Shown here piece by piece: positions 1 through 11,058 of a stretch of DNA of 38,165 nt. The DNA is taken from positions 1-38,165 of the forward strand of contig NW_021835827.1 in assembly GCF_006345805.1 (NCBI RefSeq). The letters are read 5' to 3'. Position numbers and translations under genes: made by a program. Each line of letters opens with the position of its first letter. Position 1 is the first letter of the stretch. The notes beneath the pieces were generated by a model. The model did no database searches. It was not told where the DNA came from and saw only the letters and a list, made by a program, of their open reading frames with translations. Source of the stretch: Octopus sinensis (lineage: Eukaryota).

Positions 1-19
1 TTGTAGCTATAAGTTATCA

Positions 20-385
20 CTATTTGTTTACTCTTATCTTATTACTTGTAATAGTACGTCGGAGGATTCCCAAGTAGTGTTTATATGTTAATGCTGAGGA
101 CCCAGCTGGATTGAATGGTACTGTCCAGGTGTCGAAACCATAACGATATCCGCTTGGGCAGCTGATGACGAGAAAGCACATATGGTCTGCTCGATTCTGA
201 ATTTCCTGTGTTTTAGTCTCAGTATTCTGGGTTCTCCCTTTATTCTTGTAAAGCGGCAAGTGTTTGTGGATTCATAATTTGTGGAGATTGCCTTCTCTGG
301 TATTGTTTGGCTTTCTTCAGAGATAACCTAATTAGCAGTGGACATTGCTTGGATATTGTCTAGTTTTGGGAGGTTCTGCGGCATA
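20..385 (-). mobile_element. Degenerate LINE reverse transcriptase fragment (CR1/L2-like, RT domains 0-2)
   Basis: Frameshifted minus-strand translation gives LDNIQ...VISEESQTIPEKAIST, then xIHKHLPLYKNKG, then YGF..PG..STIQ. These resemble the PDNI..ISEPL.IF..S, W..A.I.PLYKKG and QYGFRPGRST motifs. Multiple stops and frameshifts. Confidence 0.45.
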
Positions 386-407
386 TATATAGAGAGAGGG
401 GCGTCGA

Positions 408-566
<159 letters not shown>

Positions 567-1072
567 ACACTTTATTGCCCACCCGTATGCATGTCTACAT
601 GTATGCATAAACGTATGCATAGATATAGATTTACAAAGTCTTTGTTCGTGCATATATCTTCAACTTTGTATGTAAGCATCTCTGACTTCTCATACATTCT
701 GTACTTGTGTGCGCACCGGTGTATACGTAAAACGACAAGGAAGGTAGGGGGCGTTAGTGTTTTAAAGTAGGGGCGCGTGGCAGTGACTTTGTGTGTAAGT
801 TTTAGTGGAAGGGAGTTTACCAAAGTGTTGATATTGGAGAAGGCAATTTACTTAGAACACCCTTCACATACACCTTTAGATACGCATAGATCCGGACATT
901 TACATAGAAATACCACTGTTATGTCGGTATGTAGTGTCTTGTCTTTCTTTCGTTCTGTGTATTTATTTTTGTTCTTGTCTTTTTGGTTTGTTTGTTTTTC
1001 CGTACGCTTTCATACAAACATGTTGAGTATGTTGTATGTATCTGGGTGTGAGGATGTACATATATTTACTTA

Positions 1073-1258
<186 letters not shown>

Positions 1259-1889
1259 TATACATACTCATATGCGTACGTATGTACAATTGTATGTATG
1301 TATGTATATATGCATGCATGCGTGCCTGCATGTAGAAATATAGATAAGCATGCCCGAGTTGTTGAGAAGTGCGCATGGCGGTCGTAGAGAACCGGTTTCA
1401 ATCTAGAGCAAAATTGTTTTACTATATCATTGTGTGACAGAAGCTTTGTGGAGCTGTGGAAATATGCTTGCCGGACTGTTCATGTAATACAAAGGACCAT
1501 TACAAACTGTAACCGGGTCAGTAACATATGTGCGCTGCGGCACACATTTGTCAGCGACCAGATCAAAATTTCGAGCGACGAAAATTTTGACACCACACTA
1601 CAAATAATAAGTGTTTAAGTGAACTTAACCATCATTAGTCGTTACTGAATGGTTAACTAGCGTCTTCCACACGATCTCAGATGACAAAACTTGCTATGCA
1701 AGTGCATCTTCGTAATATTATATATATATATATACGAAATAAAATGTTTTTCATAATCGACCGGTTTCAATTGTGCTAATCATGACTAAAAAGTTAGTAG
1801 CAATGTTACAATTTCATGCTATCATGAGTTGTTTCCATTCCATGTTAGTAGGAGGAAGAATATTTTACAAAACTATGTGTGTTTGTGTG

Positions 1890-1893
1890 CACG

Positions 1894-1925
<32 letters not shown>

Positions 1926-1967
1926 CATGTATGTATGTATATATATATACATATTTTATATTTATTA

Positions 1968-2025
<58 letters not shown>

Positions 2026-2055
2026 TACAGATATATGTGTATCATATATATATAC

Positions 2056-2137
<82 letters not shown>

Positions 2138-2144
2138 GATAGAT

Positions 2145-2180
<36 letters not shown>

Positions 2181-2197
2181 TAGATAGATAGATAGAT

Positions 2198-2228
<31 letters not shown>
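1890..2228. repeat. Compound (TATG)n/(TA)n/(GATA)n microsatellite
   Basis: Direct reading. Confidence 0.95.
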
Positions 2229-2229
<1 letters not shown>

Positions 2230-2679
2230 CATGCATGCATACATGCATACATGCACGCATCTATGACTTCCAACTCATCGTTAACCACTACGACTACTTT
2301 TATGAGTCGAATTTCCTCAGATAAAGCGATCACCGCTTAGCTAGTATCCCCTGTCAGTGGCGATAAATAAATCGATCTGCCGTGTTCTTGAATCTCATTT
2401 TGTTTCTACCTTGGTTTTGGTAGCCATTGTCTGCCAGTTTCAAAGACAGAACTTTTGAGGAGGAGGATAACATCACCAAATTCGGCAATGCAACCGGTCC
2501 AACAGAGACTTCTCTGCATCAATTGATGGTAGAGGGATCGGAGTTTGAGATACGTCGTCACCATTTCATGTTGATGATTGTATTCAGACGTCGCATAACA
2601 AAGGCACTGATCCAATCGCTGTGTTCATCAGAGACGTGGGACGAGAGTGTATGACAACTCTCTTAAGCACAAAACTTTC

Positions 2680-2885
2680 TGGAGGCGTTTTTTTTTTTCT
2701 CTGTTGATGGGGTTATGGTCGGATATGTATCTAATGCCATCGTTAAATCCGCTGGCAGCCAAGGCCTCGCTGTTGTACGAAGCCTCGGCGTCAAAAATCT
2801 CCTTAATAGAATACAAGCTAGAGATTCTTCTGTAGCTCATTTTAACCAGGTTCCTGAACACTATGGCTGGATGACAGGGCGTTGA
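2680..2885 (-). mobile_element. Penelope-like element remnant, RT thumb/linker segment (inverted part)
   Basis: Translation HPAIVFRNLVKMSYRRISSLYSIKEIFDAEASYNSEALAASGFNDGIRYISDHNPINREKKKRLQKVL fits the PLE pattern HP..I..N....I.RRIS..SS..EIF.......ALK.SG......Y.......KRKR.R..IW. Confidence 0.7.
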
Positions 2886-3165
2886 ATTACTCTAAACAAC
2901 CCCAACTCCACTCTGCCTGCAATTACCTCTTATGCCGTGAAATCACTCCCATCCTAGTGCAAGCGCAGAACTCTAGATGAACTTCCTCTCTGAGCTTCTC
3001 CCATAGAAATTTTCCGTTCCAGCTTTTCACAACACCCGGAAACCAGATGTCCCACCTTCTGGCCTCCAACAGAAGAGAACCGTTATCATACTCTTCATAC
3101 CAGCTCCTCTGATGAGTGCTGAGATTGAGTGTTCCCTTAACTCTCGTTTTCGAAACTGACTGGTA
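2886..3165 (+). mobile_element. Penelope-like element remnant, GIY-YIG C-terminus plus 3' region (forward part)
   Basis: Frameshifted NPNS..CNYLLCREITPIL and MNFLSELL...KF resemble the PLE endonuclease end (Y.P.S..C.LCL.EK..IL...LN.RSEL..CRH..KF). Followed by a CTGATGA...GAAAC motif. Confidence 0.5.
3098..3165 (+). ncRNA. Decayed hammerhead ribozyme-like motif
   Basis: CTGATGA at 3109-3115 and GAAAC at 3152-3156 enclose a hairpin (GAGA-TTGAG/CTTAA-TCTC), and TACCAG/CTGGTA flank the core. The base of stem II and the NUH triplet are not canonical. Confidence 0.35.
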
Positions 3166-3393
3166 AAATCGGTTGGCGTGGATCTATAATACTGTATTGT
3201 ATAAATACTAATGCACCCGCTCTAAAACGGGTATGAATGCATATATAAACTTGTAAATATGAATACATCTACTTATAAAAAATATGGGATGTGTATGTGT
3301 GTATGTGTGTGTGTCTGTGTGCATATGTATGTGTGTATACATGTATATATGTTGGTGGGTACACCTATGTATACGTATATATATTTTATCTAT

Positions 3394-3605
3394 CTTTTAC
3401 TTGTTTCAGTCATTACGCTGCGGCCTTGCTGGAGCACTGCTTAGACGAATTTATACTCGAACGGATCGATCCCAATACTTATGTTTTTTCTAAGCCTACC
3501 TTAGAGGCTCGGACATCCCTGGCGAACCGCTATGTTACTTGGACGTAAACACACCAACATCGGTTGCTAAACGGTGGTGACGGACGAACACAAAGACACA
3601 CATAC

Positions 3606-3653
<48 letters not shown>

Positions 3654-3783
3654 GACAGATTTCTTTGAGATTCCATCCGCGAAATCCAATCATAAGGCTT
3701 TGGTCGGCCTTAGGTTATAGTAGAAGACACTTGCCTAAGGTGCCATGCAGTAGGACAGAACCCAAAACCATGTGGTTAGAAGG
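3394..3783 (-). mobile_element. tRNA-derived SINE family A (central microsatellite, CORE-like segment)
   Basis: Reverse complement matches the well-preserved copy at 24902-25320 (CACCTTAGGCAAGTGTCTTCTACTATA, internal (TA)n, TGACTGAAACAAGTAAAAG tail). Confidence 0.85.
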
Positions 3784-3856
<73 letters not shown>

Positions 3857-4489
3857 GACAGACATACAGACAGACAGACAGACAGACAGACAGATAGACA
3901 GACAAACTGATAGCTATACGTAAATATACCTGCGCATGCTTTTGTACTGCTTTCTGACATTTTCGTGTTTGTTTTCTTTCTCTTTCTTTGTCCTCTCACT
4001 TTCAGTCTCTCTCTCCCTTTATCTTCTCTCCCTCTCTCTCTTTCTTGCTTTCTTTCTCTGTTTTCATTGCTCTTCTGACGTCACAGCTTGCTATTTCCGG
4101 TGAAAAAAAAAAGTACAAGCAAACAAAAACAACACATTAAAAAGAAACGAACAAAGAATTCAACAACAATAAAACATGACTGACATTGCAATTGACGAAA
4201 AGAAGAGAGGAATATTTAAAGAGTTATTCACCAATATCAATTGTTTCGCTCAATTTTCGTTGAAATATGCCTTGTATTCTTCTATTCCTCTATTCTTTCA
4301 TTCTATGATATCCTGTCTCAAGTATCCCATCAAATACTTTCTCTTTCCTTTTCTCCTTCACTTCATATTCACACCCAGTTTTTCGGATTCCATTTCTCAA
4401 TAAATGGTGCCGGAATCCACACGTATACACACATGTAAACACCAGGGCGCTCACACACATACTTAGACACACGCATATACAGGGACATA

Positions 4490-4523
4490 CACACGTATAT
4501 GTATATATATATATATATATATA

Positions 4524-4578
<55 letters not shown>

Positions 4579-4750
4579 GCACATAAAACTCCTCCTACAT
4601 TCATACTCTCACTCACATGCCCACACGCATACACATACACTCACAAACGCATAGAAGCACATACACGCACATGTACATACAGATACGCACGCGCACATGC
4701 ATACACCCACACGTGCGCGCACACATACACATGCTTACGCACATTCACAA

Positions 4751-4781
<31 letters not shown>

Positions 4782-5103
4782 TATACACAGACGCACAAAC
4801 ACACACACAGACGCACACATACCCCCACACGTGCACACACACACACATACAGTGGCTCGGCGCATGCCTGTTTCATCTTGAAGATAAACGCGTAGGCTCG
4901 ACCTTATACAAAGATATTCATACATACACAGTGTAGTTTCACATCCACGAACACACAATGACACACGTACAAACGTGTGTGTGTGTGTCTCTGTCTGTCT
5001 GTCTGTGTGTGTGGGTGTGTGTGTGTGTACACACGCTGCTTTTTCAACAATATATATATATATCCTGCAATGCATCAAATATATATATATATATATATAT
5101 ATA
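4490..5103. repeat. Compound (TA)n/(CA)n/(TG)n low-complexity region
   Basis: Direct reading. Confidence 0.9.
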
Positions 5104-5154
5104 CTTTATTTAAAGCAGCAGAAAATTCAACAAAACCTGTTACTCTGAGTTTCG

Positions 5155-5336
5155 CGTTTTATGTTTATTCAAATTTGTAAAGGTTTATATTTATATATAT
5201 ATATAAACGACGGCCTTCTTTCCGTCCATCATTTCCACTCACAAGGTTTTGGTCGACCCGAAGACACTCCCTAAGGTGGGACGCAGTGGGAGTGAACTTA
5301 GAACCATGCGGCTGGGAAGCAAAAACATCTACACCT

Positions 5337-5372
<36 letters not shown>

Positions 5373-6016
5373 GTGATGGTGATGATGATGATGGTGATGA
5401 TGATGAAATTAACTATCTAAGTCCCGTGAATGAAAGTAGGCGAGCGGAAACTGTGTAGAAGCCCCCTCCCTGGTCTGAACAAATTTACTCGTAATTCAAA
5501 GGCTGAATATATATATATATATATATATATATACCGGTGAGAAGGTACAGACCCACAAACCCGCAATATAAACACGAAATGCCTTTATACACACCAACCA
5601 AGCAACCAAAACACTCACACACTTATATAAGTCGATGTTGGCATGGCTGAGTATTCCGTATTGTGACCATGACATCCTAGGTTCGTGCCAACTGCGAAGC
5701 ATCTTAGGCAAGTATCTTTACCATGGCTTCGGCAGGATCCAAACCTCTAAGTCCCGTGAATGAAATTAGGCGAGCGGAAATTGTGTAGAAGCCCCCTCCC
5801 TGGTCGGAACAAATTTGCTCGTAATTCAAAGGCTGAGATTTGTCACACCCCGCGTCACGCTGATTCTGCTTGGTAACTACGTTAAATGCCCATGTGCCTC
5901 TGTGATATACTCAGCCATTACGCACGCCAGTTCTAGGAGGCGTTATTTCAGTTCATTTCACAAATCAACGATCCGAGGTCGAAATCGATAGTTAATTTCA
6001 TCATCATCACCATCAC

Positions 6017-6052
<36 letters not shown>

Positions 6053-6188
6053 AGGTGTAGATGTTTTTGCTTCCTAGCCGCATGGTTCTAAGTTCACTCC
6101 CACTGCGTCCCACCTTAGGGAGTGTCTTCGGGTCGACCAAAACCTTGTGAGTGGAATTGCCTTTACAAATTTGAATAAACATAAAACG
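5155..6188. repeat. Local inverted duplication (5155-5417 vs 5987-6188) enclosing a 90-bp direct repeat (5417-5506 vs 5747-5836)
   Basis: Arms share a SINE A 5' half, a (GAT)n tract and unique flanks with near identity. The direct copies match at 86/90 by manual comparison. Confidence 0.92.
5640..5930 (+). mobile_element. Older tRNA/CORE-like SINE with a different 3' tail
   Basis: GGTTCGTGCCAACTGCG..CATCTTAGGCAAGTATCTT resembles the family A head and core. It continues into a distinct tail (AATTCAAAGGC...GTCACAC...ACTACGTTAA). Confidence 0.6.
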
Positions 6189-6351
6189 TGTGTGTGTGTG
6201 TGCGTGCGTATAGTATACACACATACACACACATGACAAAAGTAAATAGACATTCCATATAATATCGTTTTCTGTTTATTCAAACTTGTAATGGTTTATA
6301 TTTTTTATTAATTGACATTTTTATGTTTCAGGTTCCATATGTGACTGTTTA

Positions 6352-6937
6352 ATGTTGCCATGTACAAAAGAGGCCTTGGAACTGTCTGAATTTCAAAGAG
6401 GCCGTATTGTGGGTCATTCTGAAGGTGGACATAGTGTAAAATTGCAGAAAACCTTGGGATCCCGCTTTCTACAGTTAATAGAGTGGGGAAGGAGTCAACA
6501 TCACCCAGATTAACCAAGGCCCTCTGACAGGACCCTTATATTAGCTAAGAGAAGTGTGGAGGATAATCCTCGTTGCTAGGCCTCTGACATAGCAGAACAC
6601 ATTGATGCCAGTCCCAGAACAGCTGTCAGGTATCTCCACAAACTTGGTTACTATGGCATAGCAGCAAGAAGGAAGCCACCTCTTCGACCAGTCAACATCA
6701 AGCGGAGAAAACATTGGGTCAGTGAAATGCTGGAGTGGCCACTAGCATTTTGGGACACTGTCATATTCTGTGATGAGTCCAGATTTGCTCTATTTCCTGA
6801 GAGTGGTCGAGTGTGGGTCTGGAGACTTTGAGATCAGGAATTTGTTGCGAAAAGATTGCCACCAACAATGAAACATAGCAGCTATTCTTTGGAGCAATGG
6901 TTGATCAGATCGGGTGGAGTGTGAAGGAATCATATAT
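6352..6937 (+). mobile_element. Tc1-family transposase remnant (HTH through first catalytic Asp), 3'-truncated
   Basis: Translation [56 protein letters not shown] (D codon 6772-6774), GRVWVWR, W.NG..DRVECEG. Frameshifts and stops present; no TIR recognised. Confidence 0.92.
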
Positions 6938-7702
6938 TCATTATTTCCAGGCGCAGCCTTTGCACTGGTCACTCTATCTGCATCTATGGTTTGTTCATTA
7001 TCCGTGACGGTGGTGCCGGGGTCTTCGATGACGCTGTCTGTGATGCTGATCCCGGCTTGGCTATTATCTCTGGGCGTGGCAACTGTAATAGAGTGAGACC
7101 TGGTTAATCTGCTAATAATACTGCTGTTCGATATTACATCACTGTTATTATGGATATTAGGTCTAGGTGTCACCGTAGCCTTGTATGTGACCTCTTCAGC
7201 CTCGCATCGGCCTCCTACTGGACAGTTAATATATGCCCTGCAAGAGCAACCTGCCTCCTCCTTGTATTGTGAGTATTTCATAAAATGTTTGTTATGGTAG
7301 GTGCACAACTGAAGGAGACTCTCAGCTTGTGATTGTTAAACAAATGCCTGAATCTATGTGTGTGTGTAACCTATTTGTCTATCAATCTAAGGAAAATCTT
7401 TCCCACACAAGTCTTGACGTTGAGTGAGAAGGGTGGAGCAAACCAAACGACATTTCTGCAACACTTCCTTTTGCAGGTGCTAGGGCCATGCATGTAAGAA
7501 ATACGGTCCTTAAACCCACTCGATGCCAGTGCCTTATTGTAGTAGCGGGCAGCCGTAGCGAAGATATCTTGGCTCGAGCATAGGTGGCAGGAGGCTGTGC
7601 TAATATAAGGCAGTGTCTCATTTGGTTTGTACCAGAGCTCAGATCTAAAGTAACATCTAAAAAATCTACTGTGGTTAGATTAGTCTCAATGGGGATCTTG
7701 AG
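6938..7702 (-). mobile_element. Penelope-like element, inverted segment: RT C-terminus, thumb, Cys-rich linker and first GIY-YIG strand
   Basis: Translation LKIPIETNLTTVDFLDVTLDLSSG, YYNKALASSGFKDRISY, RNVVWFAPPFSLNVKTCVGKIFLRLIDK, HLFNNHKLRVSFSC, CSCRAYINCPVGGRCEAEEVTYKATVT. Confidence 0.92.
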
Positions 7703-8625
7703 ATAATAACCAAGCCGGGACCAGCATCACAGAGAGCGTCACCGAAGACCCCGGTGCCACTGTCACGGATAATGAACAAACCATAGATGCAGATAGAGTG
7801 ACCAGTAAAAAAAGTTGCACCTGGAAGTAATGACCTGTCCTGAACCAACGACTTGGAGGAGTTATCTGCCTTTCCCAGATCCCCCAATTCAGATGAGGAC
7901 CAAACATTCATCTTCGACACCAATGGGATGACCAGCCCTGCGCCATACGTTACCAGGAGTGCGAATGGTGCAAATAAGAGTGCAAATAAACATCCCATGT
8001 TTATAAATATATTGGTTTGGCGAGTACTTCGTTCAAGACACGTTTTCTTAACCACCAGTCATCCTTCAGAGTCCCAGAAAGACGGTTTGTCACGTCCCTG
8101 GCCCGCCATGTATGACACCTCGAAGATCAAGAGACCTTCATGTGATATCAGGTAGAAATTAATTGATTTTCCGGGCCCTTATATTAATGGAAGTGACCGT
8201 TGCAAGATCTGCATCGCGGAGAGAATCAAAATTCTTAGAGACTTTAAGAAGCGTGGTGCATTAAAGGCCGTAAAGAAGTGTTTTCTAAGTGTATCACTTC
8301 AAGCGCTACTTCCTAGAAAATTGGATCTCCCCGTTTGCTCGTTAGGCCTCTCCGAGTATATAAACTTCTTTTCCCCCCTCGGATTAGGGGGAAATAACCC
8401 GTACTCATTAATGATTGTTCGTATTCCTCGAATTCTGAGCGTTTCCTCACGTCTGTGACGTAGATATTTTCAAATTTTGTATTCATATAACGTCTGACGA
8501 GCTGTCCACAATGCTTAGGCTTTGTGGACGCGAAACCTTGGCTAACTCTACATAAAATTTTGTTGTAATAATTGCTGCTCTCTTTGTTACAGTGTACTTT
8601 TTCTGATGTGTTTCTTATTAACTGG

Positions 8626-8626
<1 letters not shown>
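7700..8626 (+). mobile_element. Penelope-like element, forward segment: low-complexity linker, YIG half and C-terminus of the endonuclease, 3' region ending at (TA)n
   Basis: YKYIGLASTSFKTRFLNHQSSFR (YIG at 8008-8016), TSLARHV, PYINGSDRCKICIAERIKIL, RKEVFSKC.HFKRYFL. HHR-like core at 8494-8540; (TA)n from 8627. Confidence 0.9.
8494..8540 (+). ncRNA. Hammerhead ribozyme core, partly decayed
   Basis: CTGACGA (8494-8500), stem II GC(T)GTCCACA/TGTGGACGC, GAAAC (8532-8536). Stem III, the NUH triplet and stem I cannot be completed canonically. Confidence 0.55.
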
Positions 8627-8661
<35 letters not shown>

Positions 8662-8680
8662 TGAGTTGCCTTATAGTTCT

Positions 8681-8872
8681 TTCTATTATAGGCACAAGGC
8701 CTGAAATTTAGGCGGAGGGGCTAGACGATTACGTCGAGTGCTCAACTGGTACTTATTTTATCGACCCCGAAAGGGTGAAAGGCAAATTCGGCCTCGGCGA
8801 AATTTGAACTCAGAACGTAAAGCCGGAAGAAGCGCTGTTAAACATTTTATGCAGAATACTAACGATTCTGGC
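8681..8872 (-). mobile_element. tRNA-derived SINE family B (Meta/MESC-like central domain)
   Basis: Reverse complement contains GTTCTGAGTTCAAATT..GCCGAGG..G..TTTGCCTTTCA.CCTTTCGGGGTCGATAAAATAAGTACCAG, shared with 27130-27321. The domain name is recalled from the literature, not searched. Confidence 0.85.
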
Positions 8873-9378
8873 CTTGTGCCAAAATTTGAAACCAATTTTA
8901 TATGTATGACTATGAAGAAAAGTGGAGGGAGAGAGAGAGAGAGAGAGAGAGAGATGTGTGGTGGGTCGGAAGAGGTGTTTATCGTTGTTGATACTGGCGA
9001 AATGACGAAAAGGTCAAGGATGATGCGATTTCTTTGAGGATTCCACCTCAAGAAAACTCATGGGACTGAAATTAACTGAAGAGAACCCCAGCAACCTCAG
9101 TATTTATCATCTGCACCCGTTTCACCTTTTCTCTTGAACAAGAAAATGTTTACCATGTAACACATATTTCGCTGTTGTTAAATGTCATGAAAATGTGAGA
9201 CCCATTGTCTTTGATACTATTGTTATTCTTCGCATAGTCTAACCTTCAAAAACCAAATAAATTCACCATCTGTCACAGACGAATTTAGACCAGAGAAATC
9301 CAAAACAGATGGTTGTGTGTGAGCATCAGATCTTATACAATCTGTTATCTGTATTCGCAAGTTCTAGACCACATCCAA

Positions 9379-9422
<44 letters not shown>

Positions 9423-9534
9423 TAATTGTTGCTAATTTTGGTGCAAGGCCTGCGATCTGGGGGGAGGGGCAGCCGATTACATCGACCCCAGAATTTCATT
9501 GTTACTTTATTTGTTCAAACTCTTAATGATGAAC

Positions 9535-9770
9535 ATGAAGGTGCGTGGCCTGGTGGTTGGAGTGATACACTCAAGGTCGCAAGATCGTGGTTTCGATTCC
9601 TTAACTGGGCGGTGCATTGTGCTCTTCAGCAAGTCACTTCATTTCACTTTGCTCCAGCTGAAAATGAATGACCCCGAAACGGTGTGGCATCCTGTGTAGA
9701 GGAGATGTTGTAATCTCGGTCACTTAATACGACACAGGGACCAAGTACCCCGCCCTATAAATCCTAGGAA
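9535..9770 (+). mobile_element. tRNA-derived CORE-like SINE family C
   Basis: A-box-like TGGCCTGGTGG, B-box-like GTTTCGATTCC, GCAAGTCACTT core, GTAATCTCGGTCACTT tail shared with copies near 13225, 19760 and 35805. Confidence 0.7.
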
Positions 9771-9830
9771 GCGAGACAAGAGTGAAAAGCGATGGCACTA
9801 AAGTTTCTGCCAGATCGTCACGTTGAAAGC

Positions 9831-9863
<33 letters not shown>

Positions 9864-9877
9864 AATAATAATAATAA

Positions 9878-10430
9878 ATGCCCTGATGCAGTACCAGGCA
9901 GGGGCTCTTGTGGCTTTTGATCTTAACTGATTGGAAGTGTTATCATGTACATTGTTTTGTCTTGGTATAAAAGATGGGCTACAGTAAATATTCTGCTCAA
10001 TACCACACATTTGCTTGTCAACTGGTTTGACCGTAACCAGTTGAGCATGTCCCTTAGTGGCTGACGATTGTGTATTTCTGATCATGAGCAGAAGTAGTGG
10101 GAGAGCATCATAGCTATGTGTTGAGAGGGATTCTTTGGGGTTTGAATAATTCACCTCTGGAAACATGGGTGTTTCGTTCACCATCCTTAAACAACCTTTA
10201 TTCAAGGACCTTTTGAGTGGGATGGACTACTCGACCAGAAGAAAATTCTAACTGGGCCCCACCTGCAAGGTCATGTGCTGGTTATCTTGATATGAGATCA
10301 TGTCGCGCACATATGGCTGTGATGTATGTGCCTGGTGTACCCTTATCAGACGGGTAGTCATGATGGGTATACTAGGCTTCGTATATTTTACCCCAGTGTC
10401 ACTTTGATGGCATGCACTGCTCTCTCACTC
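9878..10430. mobile_element. 553-bp non-coding insert between (CAA/TAA)n tracts, unclassified interspersed repeat
   Basis: Complex sequence abutted on both sides by AAT-type tracts with no credible ORF. I recall it as a high-copy octopus repeat, but only one copy is in this window. Confidence 0.55.
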
Positions 10431-10498
<68 letters not shown>

Positions 10499-10786
10499 AA
10501 ATGTTATCTATTTGACAAACACATTCGCCAACACATTTCAACGACACTCCACCTCTTTTCCCACCTGTATCCTTTCTTACCATTTTTTCTAGAACTTCTC
10601 CAACGTTCTCTGCTCCTCTTAATATTCTTATTTATACACTAGCGACACCCACGTCTTCTTCTCCATCTTCTACACTCACCCTTAAATATCATCCCCTAGA
10701 CCCCTTACACTAAGCATATTTCTACACAGCATTGCCTTCTTCTCTCTCAAATTCCCGTCCTTACATCGACAATCTACCTCCAATGA

Positions 10787-10983
10787 AGTTTGATATTTAA
10801 GAGATGAGTAATCATGTATATTATTTACATTATTTACGTTATTTACATTTGACGGATATTTGTCCTCATCTTGTTTGTTGTTAACACAACGTTTCGGCTG
10901 ATATACCCTCCAGCCTTCATCAGGTGTCTGCGGGAAATTTCGAACCTGGGTTCTCATTCCTACGGTATTTTTCGATGTTGTTG

Positions 10984-11058
<75 letters not shown>

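Noticed and set aside
1750-1795. Possible hammerhead relic on the minus strand (TAGTC-ATGA...GAAAC-CG-GTC-GATTA); ACCGGTTTCAAT also occurs at about 1391
   Set aside because: CUG of the core is missing and stem II is weak, so it is not distinguishable from chance without other copies.
4878-4901. TTGAAGA...GCGTAGGCTCGA resembling the family H ribozyme
   Set aside because: Only about 12 nt match, and GAAAC and the flanking element are absent.
7837-8155. In-frame TGA codons in the PLE endonuclease region as selenocysteine (reported for some Naiad PLEs)
   Set aside because: The TGA after RHV falls at a conserved Trp position, the motif cysteines are TGC/TGT, and the copy has other frameshifts and stops, so decay explains them.
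10500-10620. Possible GIY-YIG remnant (YLTNTFANTFQRHSTSF)
   Set aside because: The catalytic motif is absent and the resemblance is too weak.
9378-11057. CRISPR-like or other spacer arrays
   Set aside because: The repeats are simple microsatellites in eukaryotic DNA, with no constant repeat and unique spacer pattern.
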